Assembly: GCA_965207885.1 (NCBI GenBank)
Contig: OZ242311.1
Coordinates: 5,536,001 to 5,600,000, forward strand
Direction: 5' to 3'
Length of the DNA: 64,000 bases
From: Candidatus Latescibacterota bacterium
GTDB taxonomy: Bacteria > Latescibacterota > UBA2968
This document shows, piece after piece, positions 52,186 through 64,000 of the stretch (position 1 is its first letter; every line of letters starts with the position of its first letter). The notes under the pieces were generated by a model. The model was given only the letters and a program-made list of their open reading frames with translations. It had not been told where the DNA came from and did no database searches. Position numbers and translations under genes: made by a program.

Positions 52186-52261
52186 TGGTGGAGATAACCG
52201 GGATCGAACCGGTGACCTCCGGCTTGCAAAGCCGGCGCTCTCCCATCTGAGCTATATCCCC
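52186..52261 (-). tRNA. tRNA-Ala(UGC)
   Basis: GGGGATATAGCTCAG..TTTGCAA..GGTTCGATCCC..CCA. Confidence 0.97.
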
Positions 52262-52276
52262 AAATATTTTGTAATT

Positions 52277-52353
52277 TGGTGGGCCTAAGTGGAGTTGAAC
52301 CACTGACCTCGCGCTTATCAGGCGCGCGCTCTAACCAACTGAGCTATAGGCCC
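52277..52353 (-). tRNA. tRNA-Ile(GAU)
   Basis: GGGCCTATAGCTCAG..CTGATAA..GGTTCAACTCC..CCA. Confidence 0.97.
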
Positions 52354-52443
52354 GCCTTAAAAACCAAATAACGTGCACATGCCAAACCTGGTATTGACCT
52401 TAGGAGTAGATGTAAGCGCCTGTAGCCTTACATCGCGTCTCCC

Positions 52444-53993
<1,550 letters not shown>

Positions 53994-54099
53994 AAAAATG
54001 AGAGTGCCCATATATTATGGGCTTTTTTTTGCAAATACTGAATTCCCAAGAAACCTTGAGAACCTACCAAGCTTTTGAATAACACATGCACGTTATTTG

Positions 54100-54246
54100 A
54101 TTTTCAAAGAACAAAATAGGCACTCTTGACTTACAAAGTGCCGGTGAAGAGTAAATCTATCAAATCGACTTTCGCAAGTCAAGCAAAATTCTGCACCATT
54201 TTGGGTGCAGAGCGCGAAATATATAAAATAGAACCTCAAATGTCAA
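54100..54246 (-). promoter_or_regulatory. tandem rrn promoters P1/P2 and boxA
   Basis: TTGACA-17-TATATT (from 54246), TTGACT-17-TAGATT (from 54182), boxA TGTTCTTTGAAA near 54102-54113. Confidence 0.8.
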
Positions 54247-54252
54247 ATCTTT

Positions 54253-54735
54253 TCAGAAAAACTCCCCTCTCACACGACCTTCTTCAACATCTGCTTCGCC
54301 ATCAAACTGCTTCAAATAGCGCACTGCCCGCTCCATATCTTTTTTTACCCATGCATCGGATTCAGACGCCATAGCGCGTTCGAGTGCTAAAATGGCTTCC
54401 GGCTCTTCAATTTGCATCAATGCCCAGGCAACAATCTGGCGCACATCCCGATCTTTGTCTCCAAGCATTCGGATCAGATCGCGCAATGCCTCCTTCGCCC
54501 GCAACATTCCCAACGCCCAGGCGGCTTTTGTGCGCACAGATGTGACAGAGTCGCGCAAAGCAGCGCGCAAATGGGGAACAGCCTCAAAAACTCGCTGTGC
54601 ACCCAAAAAGGCAGCCGCATCAACGCGCTGATCAACCGTCCCCGATCGCAATTGCCGAAGATAATCGCCATGTGGAGAGCTACAGCCACATAAAAAAAGC
54701 AAAAGTACTGGCAGTATTTTTTTTATCGAATACAT
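54253..54735 (-). CDS. HEAT repeat lipoprotein
   Basis: Lipobox LCGC; repeats [10 protein letters not shown] and VRQIVAWAL. Confidence 0.85.
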   Translation of the reverse strand: MYSIKKILPVLLLFLCGCSSPHGDYLRQLRSGTVDQRVDAAAFLGAQRVFEAVPHLRAALRDSVTSVRTKAAWALGMLRAKEALRDLIRMLGDKDRDVRQIVAWALMQIEEPEAILALERAMASESDAWVKKDMERAVRYLKQFDGEADVEEGRVRGEFF

Positions 54736-56012
54736 GCTTTCAGAGCTTCGTAATTTGCCTTTATAGTCTCGTCAATATCCGCGTCAGAATGAGCCAGAGA
54801 GACAAACGCAGCCTCAAACTGCGACGGAGCCAGATAAACACCTCGATTGAGCATCTCCCGAAAATATCGGGCGAACAAATCCTGATCACACGCATTGGCG
54901 GCATCGAATGACGTCACAGGTACTTCCGTAAAAAACAAGGTCATAATCGACCCCACCCGATTGGTCTGATATTTCAATCCCAGAGCTTTTAAGTTTTCCG
55001 AAATACCAGTCTCCAGAGCCTGCGATTTTGCCTCCAACACCTCATAAACACCCGGTTCTTGCAGGCGTTTGAGCATCTCATATCCCGCTGTCATAGCCAG
55101 GGGATTGCCCGACAATGTGCCAGCCTGCGACACCATTTTTCCCAGAGGTGAAATATCTGACATAATTTCTCGTCTGCCACCAAAAGCACCAACGGGTAGC
55201 CCACCGCCAATAATCTTCCCCAGAGTCGTCAAATCAGGCGTCACCCCATAATGCTCCTGCGCACCACCCTGACTGACGCGAAACCCTGTGATCACCTCGT
55301 CAAAAATCAGCACAATGCCCATTTCTGCCGTTATATCTCGCAAACCCTGCAAAAACCCCGGCGCTGGCGGAATCACCCCCATATTGCCAGCCACAGGCTC
55401 AACAATAACAGCGGCGATCTCATCCCTATTTTCCACAACGGCTTTTTTAACAGCTTCCAGATCATTAAAAGGCACAGTAATCGAATCCGCTGCAGTTCCA
55501 GGTGTAACCCCCGGACTGCTCGGCGCGCCCATCGTAAGTGCTGAAGACCCCGCCTGAATCAGAAAACTATCGGCATGCCCGTGCCAGCATCCCTCAAATT
55601 TGACAATTTTGTTTCGCCCCGTGTGTCCGCGAGCCAGCCGAATAGCCGACATCGTGGCTTCGGTACCCGAATTTACCATCCGCACCATTTCCACGCTCGG
55701 CACCATTTCAGTGACCAATTGGGCCATCTTCACTTCGATTTCTGTCGGCGCGCCAAAACTCGTGCCCCCAGCAGCCGCTGCATTCACAGCCGCGACAATT
55801 TCCGGATGTGCATGGCCCAAAATAAGCGGTCCCCAGGACCCCACAAAATCGATATAAGATTTTCCATCGGCATCGACAATTCGCGCCCCCTTTCCTTTCA
55901 CAATAAAGAGCGGATCACCACCTACGGGGCCAAATGCTCTTGCGGGACTATTCACACCGCCGGGAATCACCTGTTGTGCTGCGTCAAATAGCGTTTTTGA
56001 ACGCGTATTCAA
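54723..56012 (-). CDS. hemL: glutamate-1-semialdehyde 2,1-aminomutase
   Basis: [35 protein letters not shown]. Confidence 0.97.
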   Translation of the reverse strand: MNTRSKTLFDAAQQVIPGGVNSPARAFGPVGGDPLFIVKGKGARIVDADGKSYIDFVGSWGPLILGHAHPEIVAAVNAAAAGGTSFGAPTEIEVKMAQLVTEMVPSVEMVRMVNSGTEATMSAIRLARGHTGRNKIVKFEGCWHGHADSFLIQAGSSALTMGAPSSPGVTPGTAADSITVPFNDLEAVKKAVVENRDEIAAVIVEPVAGNMGVIPPAPGFLQGLRDITAEMGIVLIFDEVITGFRVSQGGAQEHYGVTPDLTTLGKIIGGGLPVGAFGGRREIMSDISPLGKMVSQAGTLSGNPLAMTAGYEMLKRLQEPGVYEVLEAKSQALETGISENLKALGLKYQTNRVGSIMTLFFTEVPVTSFDAANACDQDLFARYFREMLNRGVYLAPSQFEAAFVSLAHSDADIDETIKANYEALKACIR

Positions 56013-56138
56013 ATTACACCTCCGTGAGAAGACAAATAGAATTTCGAGACAACATCTTAATTACACCTCTCACTGTATCCTGTCAAGCTAATTCCTCCGC
56101 TTGCAAAACACGATCACAATCCGTATATTATCTGCACA

Positions 56139-56212
56139 GCGGCAGTAGCTCAATTGGACAGAGCATCTGGCTTCGGACCAGAGGGTTGGGGGTTCGAGTC
56201 CTCTCTGCCGCA
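56139..56212 (+). tRNA. tRNA-Arg(UCG), CCA not encoded
   Basis: GCGGCAG acceptor stem, anticodon arm TCTGG-CTTCGGA-CCAGA, GGTTCGAGTCC; promoter TTGCAA-17-TATATT at 56101-56129. Confidence 0.93.
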
Positions 56213-56267
56213 CTTTATTTTTCAGGCACTTAAATTTTAAGTGCCTGAATTTTTTATCATCACACCT

Positions 56268-59015
56268 ATGAGCGATACAATCACCATCAGAGGTGCGCGT
56301 CAGCACAACCTCAAAAACATCGATCTGGACATACCGCGCAACTGCCTCGTCGTCATCACCGGACCCTCAGGGTCGGGCAAATCGTCCCTGGCCTTCGACA
56401 CCATCTACGCCGAAGGACAACGCCGTTATGTGGAATCGCTATCCGCTTATGCGCGGCAATTTCTCGATCTCATGGACAAACCCGATGCCGACAGCATAGA
56501 AGGTCTCTCACCTGCTGTGGCAATCCAACAACGCGGCATCCCCCGCACACCGCGTTCAACAGTCGGCACCATAACCGAAGTCTATGACTATTTGCGTCTC
56601 TTATTCGCCAGAATAGGCACGCCGCATTGTCCGATATGCAGCCAGCCCATTGTGCGCCAGAGCGTCGCGCAAATTGTCGATCGCGTACTCGCACTGCCCG
56701 AAGGACAACGCCTTCAGATCCTCGCGCCCCTGATCCGAAATACCAGAGGCACCCACCTGAGTGTTTTTAACCAGTTGCGCAAGGAAGGCTATCTCAGGGT
56801 GCGCGTCAATGGCGAAGTTCTATCACTGGATAGCGATATCGTTCTCGATAAAAACACAGCGCACAACATCGAAGCCGTCATCGACCGCCTCGTCGTGCGC
56901 ACGAACATGGCCGCGCGCCTCGCGGACTCACTCGAAACAGCCCTCGACCTTGCCAACGGCACAGCCACACTCGACATTATCGACGATGGGGAATGGACGT
57001 TTTCCACGCGCTTTGCCTGCACAGAAGGCCACTTTGAAATCGAAGAAATAGAACCCCGTCTCTTCACCTTCAACAGCCCGCACGGTGCTTGTCCCACTTG
57101 CAGCGGTATGGGCACTGTTTTTGAAGTCGATCCCGACCTCGTCGTGCCCGACCCTTCAAAATCCATCCTCGAAGGCGCGATTGCGCCCTGGGGCATCCCC
57201 AAGGGCAAACGCCAGGTAGAACAACTTCAACGCCTATCGCGCAACCTCTCATTCGATCTCTCAGCGCCCTTTTCCAAACTCTCCAAAACCGTCCAAAGAG
57301 TAATACTCAGAGGAAAAACAGGCGTCATACCCGATCTCCAGCACCAATACAAAACGGCTACATCCGACGAAGCGCGGGAAAAAATCGAGCTTTTTATGCG
57401 CGAGCAAACCTGCCCCGACTGCCAGGGCGCGAGATTGCGGCCAGAAGCTCTTGCCGTCACAATTTCCAATTGTACAATAGCCGACATTGCCAGCATGCCC
57501 ATTGAAAAAATCAGGCACTTCTTTCAAACCCTGGACCTCAAAAATAACGCAGCTGAGATCGCCGCCCCCCTCACACGCGAAATCGAAAACCGCCTCGCAT
57601 TTCTCGTCGATGTCGGTGTGGGGTATCTCGCGCTCAACCGCAGAGCCGCAACGCTTTCAGGTGGTGAATTTCAGCGCATTCGCCTCGCCACACAAATCGG
57701 AACCCGCCTCGTCGGTGTTCTCTACGTACTCGACGAACCCAGTATAGGCCTGCACCCCCGCGACAATCGCAAACTCATCGACACCTTCTGCAACCTGCGC
57801 GACCTGGGCAACACGGTCATCGTCGTCGAACACGACCGCGAAGCCATGCAAATGGCCGATCATCTCATCGACCTGGGCCCGGGCGCGGGCGAACACGGCG
57901 GCAAAATCATCTCACAGGGACCGCCAGAAACCGTAATCGCAGACAAAAATTCTCTCTCCGGCAATTATCTCGCCGGTCGAAAAACCATCCCCCTCCCCCC
58001 CGACATTCGCCACCCCCGCGGGCATCTCTCAATCAGAGGCGCCAGCGGACACAACTTGCAAAACGTCAATATCGATATTCCCCTGGGCGTCTTTGTATGC
58101 GTTACCGGCGTATCTGGCTCGGGCAAAAGCTCGCTCATCAATCACACCCTGTATCCCGCGCTCGCCCGACAACTCCACCGCGCCAGCACAGAACCATTGC
58201 CTCATAAATCTATCGAAGGCGTTGAACAAATCGACAAAGTCATTCGCATAGACCAATCCCCAATCGGGCGCACCCCGCGATCAAATGCCGCCACATACAC
58301 GGGACTCTTCACAGCCATACGCGAACTCTACGCCCAATTGCCCGAATCCAGAGTGCGCGGTTATGGCGCCGGGCGCTTCAGCTTCAACATCAAAGGCGGG
58401 CGCTGCGAAGCCTGCCAGGGCGATGGCGTGCGCCGCATCGAAATGCACTTCCTCCCCGACGTATTCGTCACCTGCGACGTATGCGGTGGCAGCCGATACA
58501 ACAGAGAAACCCTCGAAATCCGATACAAAGGCAGTTCAATAGCCGATGTCTTAAACCTCACAGTAAATCGTGCCCGCTCCTTCTTCCGCAACATCCCGGC
58601 GGCGCAGCGACAACTCAAATCACTCGCCGACGTGGGCCTGGGTTATTTGCGCCTCGGTCAACCGGCCACATCCCTCTCTGGCGGCGAGGCACAGCGCGTC
58701 AAACTCGCAACCGAACTGGCGCGAACCGCCACGGGCAAAACGCTTTACCTCCTCGACGAACCCACCACGGGATTGCACTTTGACGACATCCGCGTCCTCA
58801 TCGAAGTCCTCGACCGCCTCGTTGACCGCGGCAACACTGTTCTCATCATAGAACACAACCTCGACGTCGTCAAACGCGCAGACTGGGTCATCGACCTCGG
58901 ACCCGACGCAGGCGAAAAAGGCGGCAACATCGTCGCAACCGGCACGCCAGAAACCATCGCCCAAAATCCATCTTCCCACACGGGCCGTTTCCTCAAAGAA
59001 ATTTTAACCCCTTGA
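56268..59015 (+). CDS. uvrA: excinuclease ABC subunit A
   Basis: GARQHNLKN, two Walker A motifs (GSGKSS), LSGGE signatures, zinc fingers. Confidence 0.97.
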   Translation: MSDTITIRGARQHNLKNIDLDIPRNCLVVITGPSGSGKSSLAFDTIYAEGQRRYVESLSAYARQFLDLMDKPDADSIEGLSPAVAIQQRGIPRTPRSTVGTITEVYDYLRLLFARIGTPHCPICSQPIVRQSVAQIVDRVLALPEGQRLQILAPLIRNTRGTHLSVFNQLRKEGYLRVRVNGEVLSLDSDIVLDKNTAHNIEAVIDRLVVRTNMAARLADSLETALDLANGTATLDIIDDGEWTFSTRFACTEGHFEIEEIEPRLFTFNSPHGACPTCSGMGTVFEVDPDLVVPDPSKSILEGAIAPWGIPKGKRQVEQLQRLSRNLSFDLSAPFSKLSKTVQRVILRGKTGVIPDLQHQYKTATSDEAREKIELFMREQTCPDCQGARLRPEALAVTISNCTIADIASMPIEKIRHFFQTLDLKNNAAEIAAPLTREIENRLAFLVDVGVGYLALNRRAATLSGGEFQRIRLATQIGTRLVGVLYVLDEPSIGLHPRDNRKLIDTFCNLRDLGNTVIVVEHDREAMQMADHLIDLGPGAGEHGGKIISQGPPETVIADKNSLSGNYLAGRKTIPLPPDIRHPRGHLSIRGASGHNLQNVNIDIPLGVFVCVTGVSGSGKSSLINHTLYPALARQLHRASTEPLPHKSIEGVEQIDKVIRIDQSPIGRTPRSNAATYTGLFTAIRELYAQLPESRVRGYGAGRFSFNIKGGRCEACQGDGVRRIEMHFLPDVFVTCDVCGGSRYNRETLEIRYKGSSIADVLNLTVNRARSFFRNIPAAQRQLKSLADVGLGYLRLGQPATSLSGGEAQRVKLATELARTATGKTLYLLDEPTTGLHFDDIRVLIEVLDRLVDRGNTVLIIEHNLDVVKRADWVIDLGPDAGEKGGNIVATGTPETIAQNPSSHTGRFLKEILTP

Positions 59016-59160
59016 CGTACTCCCAAAGCTAAAGCATTGGGATTATAGAATCTTGTAGCTTCAGCAGGGATTGTGGTATCAACGGTAGTTGCTTGCTTCC
59101 CCGAAGTTCGGCAAGTCTTACGCTACCTCCGCCAGAGGTGGACGCCCCCACCTGTGAATG
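58995..59160 (-). ncRNA. TnpB omegaRNA (right-end RNA) with guide into uvrA 3' end
   Basis: Structured region from the tnpB 3' end to the TCAA end; predicted guide GGGGTTAAAATTTCTT; boundaries inferred from known TnpB biology. Confidence 0.65.
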
Positions 59161-60475
59161 TTTATCGCCGCGTTGAGGTCTCTGTCTATTTCAAGACCAC
59201 ATTCGCAACAATGGAATGTTCTCTCTCGCAATTCGAGGTCGTCTTTAACAGTGTCACAAGCAGAGCATGTCTTTGACGTGGGTAGCCATTGGTCAATTTG
59301 TTTGACAGCCTTGCCAGTCTTTTGTGCCACATACTTGAGTATGTTCAAGAAGTCTGAAAAGCCCAAATCGCTAATCTTTTTGCCCCACAACGCTTTCATG
59401 GCGTCTATGTTCAGCGTTTCAAAATACATGACGTCATATTCTTTACAGAGTTGATGGGCAAGTTGCCAGTGATAGTCTCTGCGCTGATTGGCAACGCGCC
59501 TATATTCTCTGGCAAGACTTACTCTCGCTTCATGACGGTTATGGCTACCTTTCTTCTTACGAGAAAGATTGCGATTAGCCTTTTTGACTTTCCGCGAATT
59601 ACGATTGAAGAACAATGGCGATTGTGTCCTTGTGCTGTCTGAGGCTGTTAGATATGTTTGCAAGCCAAAATCAAAACCTGCGGTTTTACCGTTCTTGATC
59701 ATGAATGACTTGATACCCTCAGCCTTTGCAACAACACATAGCCACAAATCGCCTACGCGGTCACGTTTGATTGTGACCATCTTGATACGCTCTACATCGA
59801 ACTTTCTGCTCTTATGGTATCTGAATATACGCTTGCCAATACGCACCTTGTTACGCTCAAGGAATTTATATCCTGCTTGCTTCAGCGTATAGGACTGATA
59901 TCGAAAGCGAGACCTGAATGTGGGCGGACGCTTATTATCTCTGGCAAAGAATTTCTGATAGCCAAAGTCTATACGCTCAATCACATTTTGCAATGCCTGT
60001 GACGGCAACAAACGCCAATGTGCAAAGCGTGTTGTTCTTTTCAGCTTTGCCAAATGGTTAATCATTGTGAACTTACTCGGATATTTGCCAAAACGCCGAT
60101 AGTATCGCTTATGCAAAGCAATGAAATGATTATACACCTCAGCAAAAGCGTCTATCTCATAGTGCAGATACTTATTGCGGTCACAGAGACTATACATTTT
60201 GTATTTGTATGTCAAGTATTCCATAATGTAAATATACATAAAAACAGTAACTTATGCAATTTTTATGTGGTCTATGAACGGATGATTTTAGTTGATGAAG
60301 TGCTGGCGCACTTGTACACCGCTCCACCGGCCACATTGCCTTGAGCAATGTGCCACCATGCTAAGCATGTTCCGTGATGATTTTACACGGAAGCAACCCC
60401 CCATAAATTCTATGCGCTTCGCCATGCGACCCAACGCTAAAGCTCTCTGCTATTGGGTTTTACGCGCAGTTTCTG
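59012..60475 (-). mobile_element. IS200/IS605-family element (tnpB only, IS1341-like)
   Basis: Minus strand: TTAT then CAGAAACTGCGCGTAAAACCCAA hairpin left end; right end CCCAATGCTTTAGCTTTGGG-AGTACGTCAA; removal restores uvrA CCA-TAA next to its terminator. Confidence 0.85.
59118..60224 (-). CDS. tnpB: RNA-guided endonuclease TnpB
   Basis: RuvC triad GFDFGL / FETLN / DRDLNAAINI, zinc ribbon CSAC..CCEC. Confidence 0.95.
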   Translation of the reverse strand: MEYLTYKYKMYSLCDRNKYLHYEIDAFAEVYNHFIALHKRYYRRFGKYPSKFTMINHLAKLKRTTRFAHWRLLPSQALQNVIERIDFGYQKFFARDNKRPPTFRSRFRYQSYTLKQAGYKFLERNKVRIGKRIFRYHKSRKFDVERIKMVTIKRDRVGDLWLCVVAKAEGIKSFMIKNGKTAGFDFGLQTYLTASDSTRTQSPLFFNRNSRKVKKANRNLSRKKKGSHNRHEARVSLAREYRRVANQRRDYHWQLAHQLCKEYDVMYFETLNIDAMKALWGKKISDLGFSDFLNILKYVAQKTGKAVKQIDQWLPTSKTCSACDTVKDDLELRERTFHCCECGLEIDRDLNAAINIHRWGRPPLAEVA

Positions 60476-60477
60476 AT

Positions 60478-60520
60478 AAAAAAAAGCGCTCCATAACTTA
60501 CTGGAACGCTTCTTTTATTC
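60478..60520. terminator. bidirectional terminator (original uvrA/rfbB terminator)
   Basis: AAAAAAGCGCTCCA-taacttac-TGGAACGCTTCTTTT. Confidence 0.65.
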
Positions 60521-60536
60521 TATAGATCCCCACCAC

Positions 60537-61550
60537 CTATTTCCGCTCATCGTATTGCCGTCTGTAATACTCTCGATAACCCGCGCTATCCCGAATTTTT
60601 CGCCACCAATCTTCATTGCCCAAATACCATTCAACCGTCAGGCGCAATGACTCTTCAAAATTGTACTTTGGCTTCCACCCCAGCGCCATAATTTTCGACG
60701 CATTCAGAGAGTACCGCATATCGTGCCCGGGCCGATCGGCCACATGCTGCATTAAATCTTTCGGCTTCTCCAAATACTCCAGAATCTTTTCCGCAACAGA
60801 AAGACCATCCGCTTCATTCTCACCCCCCACATTATACGCCTCACCCTGCGCGCCCTTGTGCAGCACCAGATCAATCGCCTCGCAGTGATCCGTCACATAA
60901 AGATGATCGCGAATTGCCGTCCCTGCGCCATACACGGGCAATGCAAGATCATCCATCGCATTGGTAATATAAATGGGCACGCGCTTCTCGGGATATTGAA
61001 ACCCCCCAATATTATTGGACGCGCGCGTAATCACCACGGGCAAACCATACGTAATGGCAAACGCCCGCGCCATCATATCCCCCGACGCTTTCGCCACCGC
61101 ATAGGGATTGCGCGGTGCAATTGGTGCATCCTCCGTCCACGGATCTTCGTCCTCTTCCAGAGACCCATACACCTCATCTGTACTCACCTGCAAAAACCGC
61201 TCAACACCGCAATCTCGCGCTGCAGCGAGCAACGTGTACACACCCAGTGCATTGGACTTCATAAACTCCTCGGCACCCATAATGCTCCGATCAACATGGC
61301 TCTCCGCAGCAAAATTCACCACCAGATCAACCCGCTGCATCAAATCATTCACCAACCCGGCATCGCAAATATCCCCCCGCACAAATTCATACCGGGAATC
61401 GTCCACAACATCCAGCAGATTGTCCAGATTGCCCGCGTACGTCAGCTTGTCCAAATTGATAACTCGATAATCGCGATACGCATCGAGAACATATCGCACA
61501 AAATGGCTGCCGATAAACCCGGCACCTCCTGTAATGAGCATTGTCTTCAA
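60537..61550 (-). CDS. rfbB: dTDP-glucose 4,6-dehydratase
   Basis: TGGAGFIGS, DKLTYAGN, AAESHVDRSI, STDEVYG, DRPGHDMRY. Confidence 0.95.
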   Translation of the reverse strand: MKTMLITGGAGFIGSHFVRYVLDAYRDYRVINLDKLTYAGNLDNLLDVVDDSRYEFVRGDICDAGLVNDLMQRVDLVVNFAAESHVDRSIMGAEEFMKSNALGVYTLLAAARDCGVERFLQVSTDEVYGSLEEDEDPWTEDAPIAPRNPYAVAKASGDMMARAFAITYGLPVVITRASNNIGGFQYPEKRVPIYITNAMDDLALPVYGAGTAIRDHLYVTDHCEAIDLVLHKGAQGEAYNVGGENEADGLSVAEKILEYLEKPKDLMQHVADRPGHDMRYSLNASKIMALGWKPKYNFEESLRLTVEWYLGNEDWWRKIRDSAGYREYYRRQYDERK

Positions 61551-61711
61551 ATTTGTCTCCTAAAAGCATCCGCAGATGAACGCAGATAGACGCAGATGAT
61601 GTGGGGGCAGTGTGTGAACGGGCCTGGATAGAAACCGCTCGTGCCTGCCCATCAGATGAACACAGAGTAAGGAGCGATCAGCTTTCAGCTTTACTACGTT
61701 AAAATGAGAGT

Positions 61712-61744
61712 GTCATCGCGGCATGGTGTTGAGCCGCGATCCAG
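61712..61744. repeat. REP-like palindrome, copy C
   Basis: GTCATCGCGGCATGgtgttgAGCCGCGATCCAG (reverse orientation to copies A and B). Confidence 0.8.
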
Positions 61745-61780
61745 GAGGCTTTTCGCTGACTGTTTATTTTCTAAACATTC

Positions 61781-62005
61781 TCATGAAAGGTCAAGTTCTC
61801 GTCTCACTTCAGCATCTGAGTACACCGCCTCTGTACCTTTTCGGACGCCCTCCAATAAGTCTGCGGCAAGATAATAGTCCTCTACATCTTCAACGCCGCG
61901 TTTGATAATCTCTCCGAGAAAGAAATCCTTGCTGCGCCCTGTTCGCGCCACGAGGGAATCAATTCGTTTCTCAGCTTCGGGAGCCAGTTGAATAGTACTC
62001 GCCAT
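61781..62005 (-). CDS. RelB/CopG-like ribbon-helix-helix antitoxin (no adjacent toxin)
   Basis: IQLAPEAEKRIDSLVARTGRSKDF..EDVEDYYLA..VRRELDL. Confidence 0.8.
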   Translation of the reverse strand: MASTIQLAPEAEKRIDSLVARTGRSKDFFLGEIIKRGVEDVEDYYLAADLLEGVRKGTEAVYSDAEVRRELDLS

Positions 62006-62101
62006 GTTGTCGTCTCCTCTAAACGCCGTAAGATAGACACGATACCGATCTGGTATCGCCATCATTTCATACACGTCTTCTTCCAGTTGGTTCGATATAA
62101 A

Positions 62102-62462
62102 CTAACTATCATCCTTTGGCACTTCTGGCATGGCTTTCTCATATTCAGCAATCCATTTTTCAGCCTCTTCTTCAGTATAGGCTCCGGTAATCGCATCACT
62201 GTCTTCCGGCAGTCCATAGCTCATCGGCTTGCCAATGTGCGGCCTCAAGCGCTCTCGTATCAGCTTTTTCTTTTCATCAGACACACCTTCGAACACTAAG
62301 TCCACACCTGCCGGTTCTATGTCTCCGAAGACCAATCTCGACACATCAGATTCTTTATTATTCGAAGCACATGACGACCACAAAAACAATCCCCAACAAG
62401 ATGAGCAGAATGATAAGCAAGCTCAAAAGAGGATTCTCTTTGATTTTAAAAAAGAAATTCAT
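62102..62462 (-). pseudogene. frameshifted lipoprotein gene
   Basis: MNFFFKIKENPLLSLLIILLILLG joins LFLWSSC-ASNNKESD if one G is removed from GGGG at 62391-62394. Confidence 0.55.
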
Positions 62463-62525
62463 TGCAGATTTCCGGACGAAAAAAGTTGGTTTTAGCAAAT
62501 GATCTAAGGGGATTTTCAGATTTAA

Positions 62526-62795
62526 TCAATAAATGGGTTGTACACGCAATACGTCTTCTGGATCACTTTGCTGGAGTTGTTCGCTATAGGCTGTCTTGCG
62601 GCGTTGCCAGGTTTCGTAAATACCTTTCCACCGACTGAAATCCGTTCGGGTCTCGTCAAAATCGTCGTGGTGCGATAGTTTTCCCGCCATTAAAATGTCG
62701 TAAAAATCCTGGCTGAGAATTCCGTATTTTTCTTCGTAAAGCGTAAGCCGCCGTTCAAGCTGCTTCATTTCAAGGACGAGTTCGTAAAGTTCCAT
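62526..62795 (-). CDS. small antitoxin-like hypothetical protein
   Basis: LTLYEEKYGILSQDFY..G..DFSRW pattern seen in antitoxin-like proteins. Confidence 0.6.
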   Translation of the reverse strand: MELYELVLEMKQLERRLTLYEEKYGILSQDFYDILMAGKLSHHDDFDETRTDFSRWKGIYETWQRRKTAYSEQLQQSDPEDVLRVQPIY

Positions 62796-63043
62796 TGTGA
62801 TTTCCCCACAACATTATTGACATTGTAGGCTTTTAATAGCTATATTTTCCAGTACCAATACTTCTTTTAAGGAGGAACAAAAACATCTTCAAGGCTTTCA
62901 GTCAGTGTATCTTGTACTATGCTTTCGACTTCACAAGGAGTATATTCTTTGACAGGTAGCGTATCCTTTCTCCTGCACCTGAGTCATTAAAGGATACGCT
63001 CTTTTTTTAAATATACCTCATTAAATCCGGTAGGAGCTAAAAC

Positions 63044-63277
63044 ATGAAACACATTATTTCAGATCCAGGGATTCTAGGTGGTAAACCAGTTATTGAAGGA
63101 ACGCGATTGAGTGTTGAACATATTTTAGGCTTACTCGCGCGCAATATGTCACAGCGAGAAATCGTGGAAGCGTATCCAGTATTAACAGTTGAAGACGTAA
63201 ATGGTGTTTTGGAATATGCTGCAAAGGCATTGCAAAACGATATTGTGATTGATGTCAAAATGGCTTCAGGAGTCTAA
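63044..63277 (+). CDS. DUF433 domain antitoxin
   Basis: DPGILGGKPVIEGTRLSV..YPVLTVEDV. Confidence 0.92.
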   Translation: MKHIISDPGILGGKPVIEGTRLSVEHILGLLARNMSQREIVEAYPVLTVEDVNGVLEYAAKALQNDIVIDVKMASGV

Positions 63278-63280
63278 CGT

Positions 63281-63640
63281 ATGTTGCCACCTCTTGTGGC
63301 GGATATGAATATCGGGATTCCTGTTATTCAGTTTCTGCGTGAAAGCGGAATTGATATTGTGTCCTCTATGGAACAGCAATGGGGACATTTAAGCGACGAA
63401 CAAATATTGGCTCGGGCATACGCAATGGACCGATTTGTCCTGACGCACGATTCCGATTTTGGAACATTAGCCGTTTTTAGTGGTTATCCCCTAACAGGCA
63501 TTATTTATTTGAGGCCAGGTGGGCGTCTTCCCTCTGAAGTGATTGCGGACTTGGGCGATCTCCTGACAGCCTCAGTTGATTGGACGCCTCCCATGATAGT
63601 CGTGTATCGTTCAGGTCGTTTACGGATTCGAAGGCTTTGA
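63281..63640 (+). CDS. DUF5615 PIN-like toxin
   Basis: ADMNI, SDEQIL, VLTHDSDFG, GIIYLR. Confidence 0.88.
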   Translation: MLPPLVADMNIGIPVIQFLRESGIDIVSSMEQQWGHLSDEQILARAYAMDRFVLTHDSDFGTLAVFSGYPLTGIIYLRPGGRLPSEVIADLGDLLTASVDWTPPMIVVYRSGRLRIRRL

Positions 63641-63666
63641 GCCTTTCTATTCCATTCATAAGCACC

Positions 63667-63849
63667 TTAATCAACCAGTTGCTGGACTGGAGAAGAAAGA
63701 ATCTTTCTACCGCTCTTTCCCTGTTTCAGCCTTGCATCTTTCAGAATGCGATCAATGTCAAAATCCATACACTTTGCCAGAGCTTCTTTGACCCTTCTTG
63801 TCTCCTGAATAACCTCATCCGTGGTCTCTTTATCGTTTAGTTCTTTCAT
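63667..63849 (-). CDS. small hypothetical protein
   Basis: DEVIQETRRVKEALAK..FDIDRI; GGAG upstream. Confidence 0.6.
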   Translation of the reverse strand: MKELNDKETTDEVIQETRRVKEALAKCMDFDIDRILKDARLKQGKSGRKILSSPVQQLVD

Positions 63850-64000
63850 AGCGATCATTCTCCAAGTAATTCTTTGGGTGTACAGAGGATCGGCAGTTCA
63901 TTTTTTTAATATACAAAAGCATTTCAATTATCGCACCACTTCAAAAACGCATTCTTGACATAAGAGGCTTTTAAGAACTATATTCGGGTATTGGACTGGG

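Noticed and set aside
59118-60224. Nuclease-dead TnpB (TldR) or Cas12f
   Set aside because: D-E-D triad intact, IS ends present, no CRISPR array nearby
61700-64000. Integron cassette array
   Set aside because: Genes are in mixed orientation, and no convincing attC sites or integrase were seen

Overview
A 64-kb bacterial chromosomal window of about 50% GC from a diderm organism (TonB receptors, LptE). A C-terminal DFNGD...DFLLF dockerin-like domain and DUF6785 and phytanoyl-CoA dioxygenase genes suggest a Latescibacterota/PAUC34f-like lineage; this is inference and the 16S gene here can test it. Housekeeping content includes ilvB, archaeal-type pheST, cysK, tsaB/rimI, yebC-ruvCAB, prpBCD, EF-G2, a complete rrn operon, hemL, tRNA-Arg(UCG), uvrA and rfbB. 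Accessory content includes two ECF sigma loci, tandem TonB receptors, a form II coxSLM-G cluster, TA modules, an IS4 element and two IS200/IS605 elements. Signals not in the ORF track: (1) both IS605-family elements share a TTAT target and sit exactly on a host stop codon, and their right ends rebuild the same last amino acid plus a stop; one is a 244-bp mini-element with a promoter and a structured RNA. (2) A secreted UxxC selenoprotein with a SECIS hairpin, fused to Ig-like and dockerin-like domains. (3) A Phe T-box riboswitch upstream of archaeal-type PheRS. (4) An ilvB leader-peptide attenuator. (5) An IS4 inserted on the start codon of a membrane-tethered ECF sigma factor. (6) A VOC gene captured between 114-bp direct repeats at the ruvB/tsaB junction. 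All calls come from reading the sequence; no database search was run.
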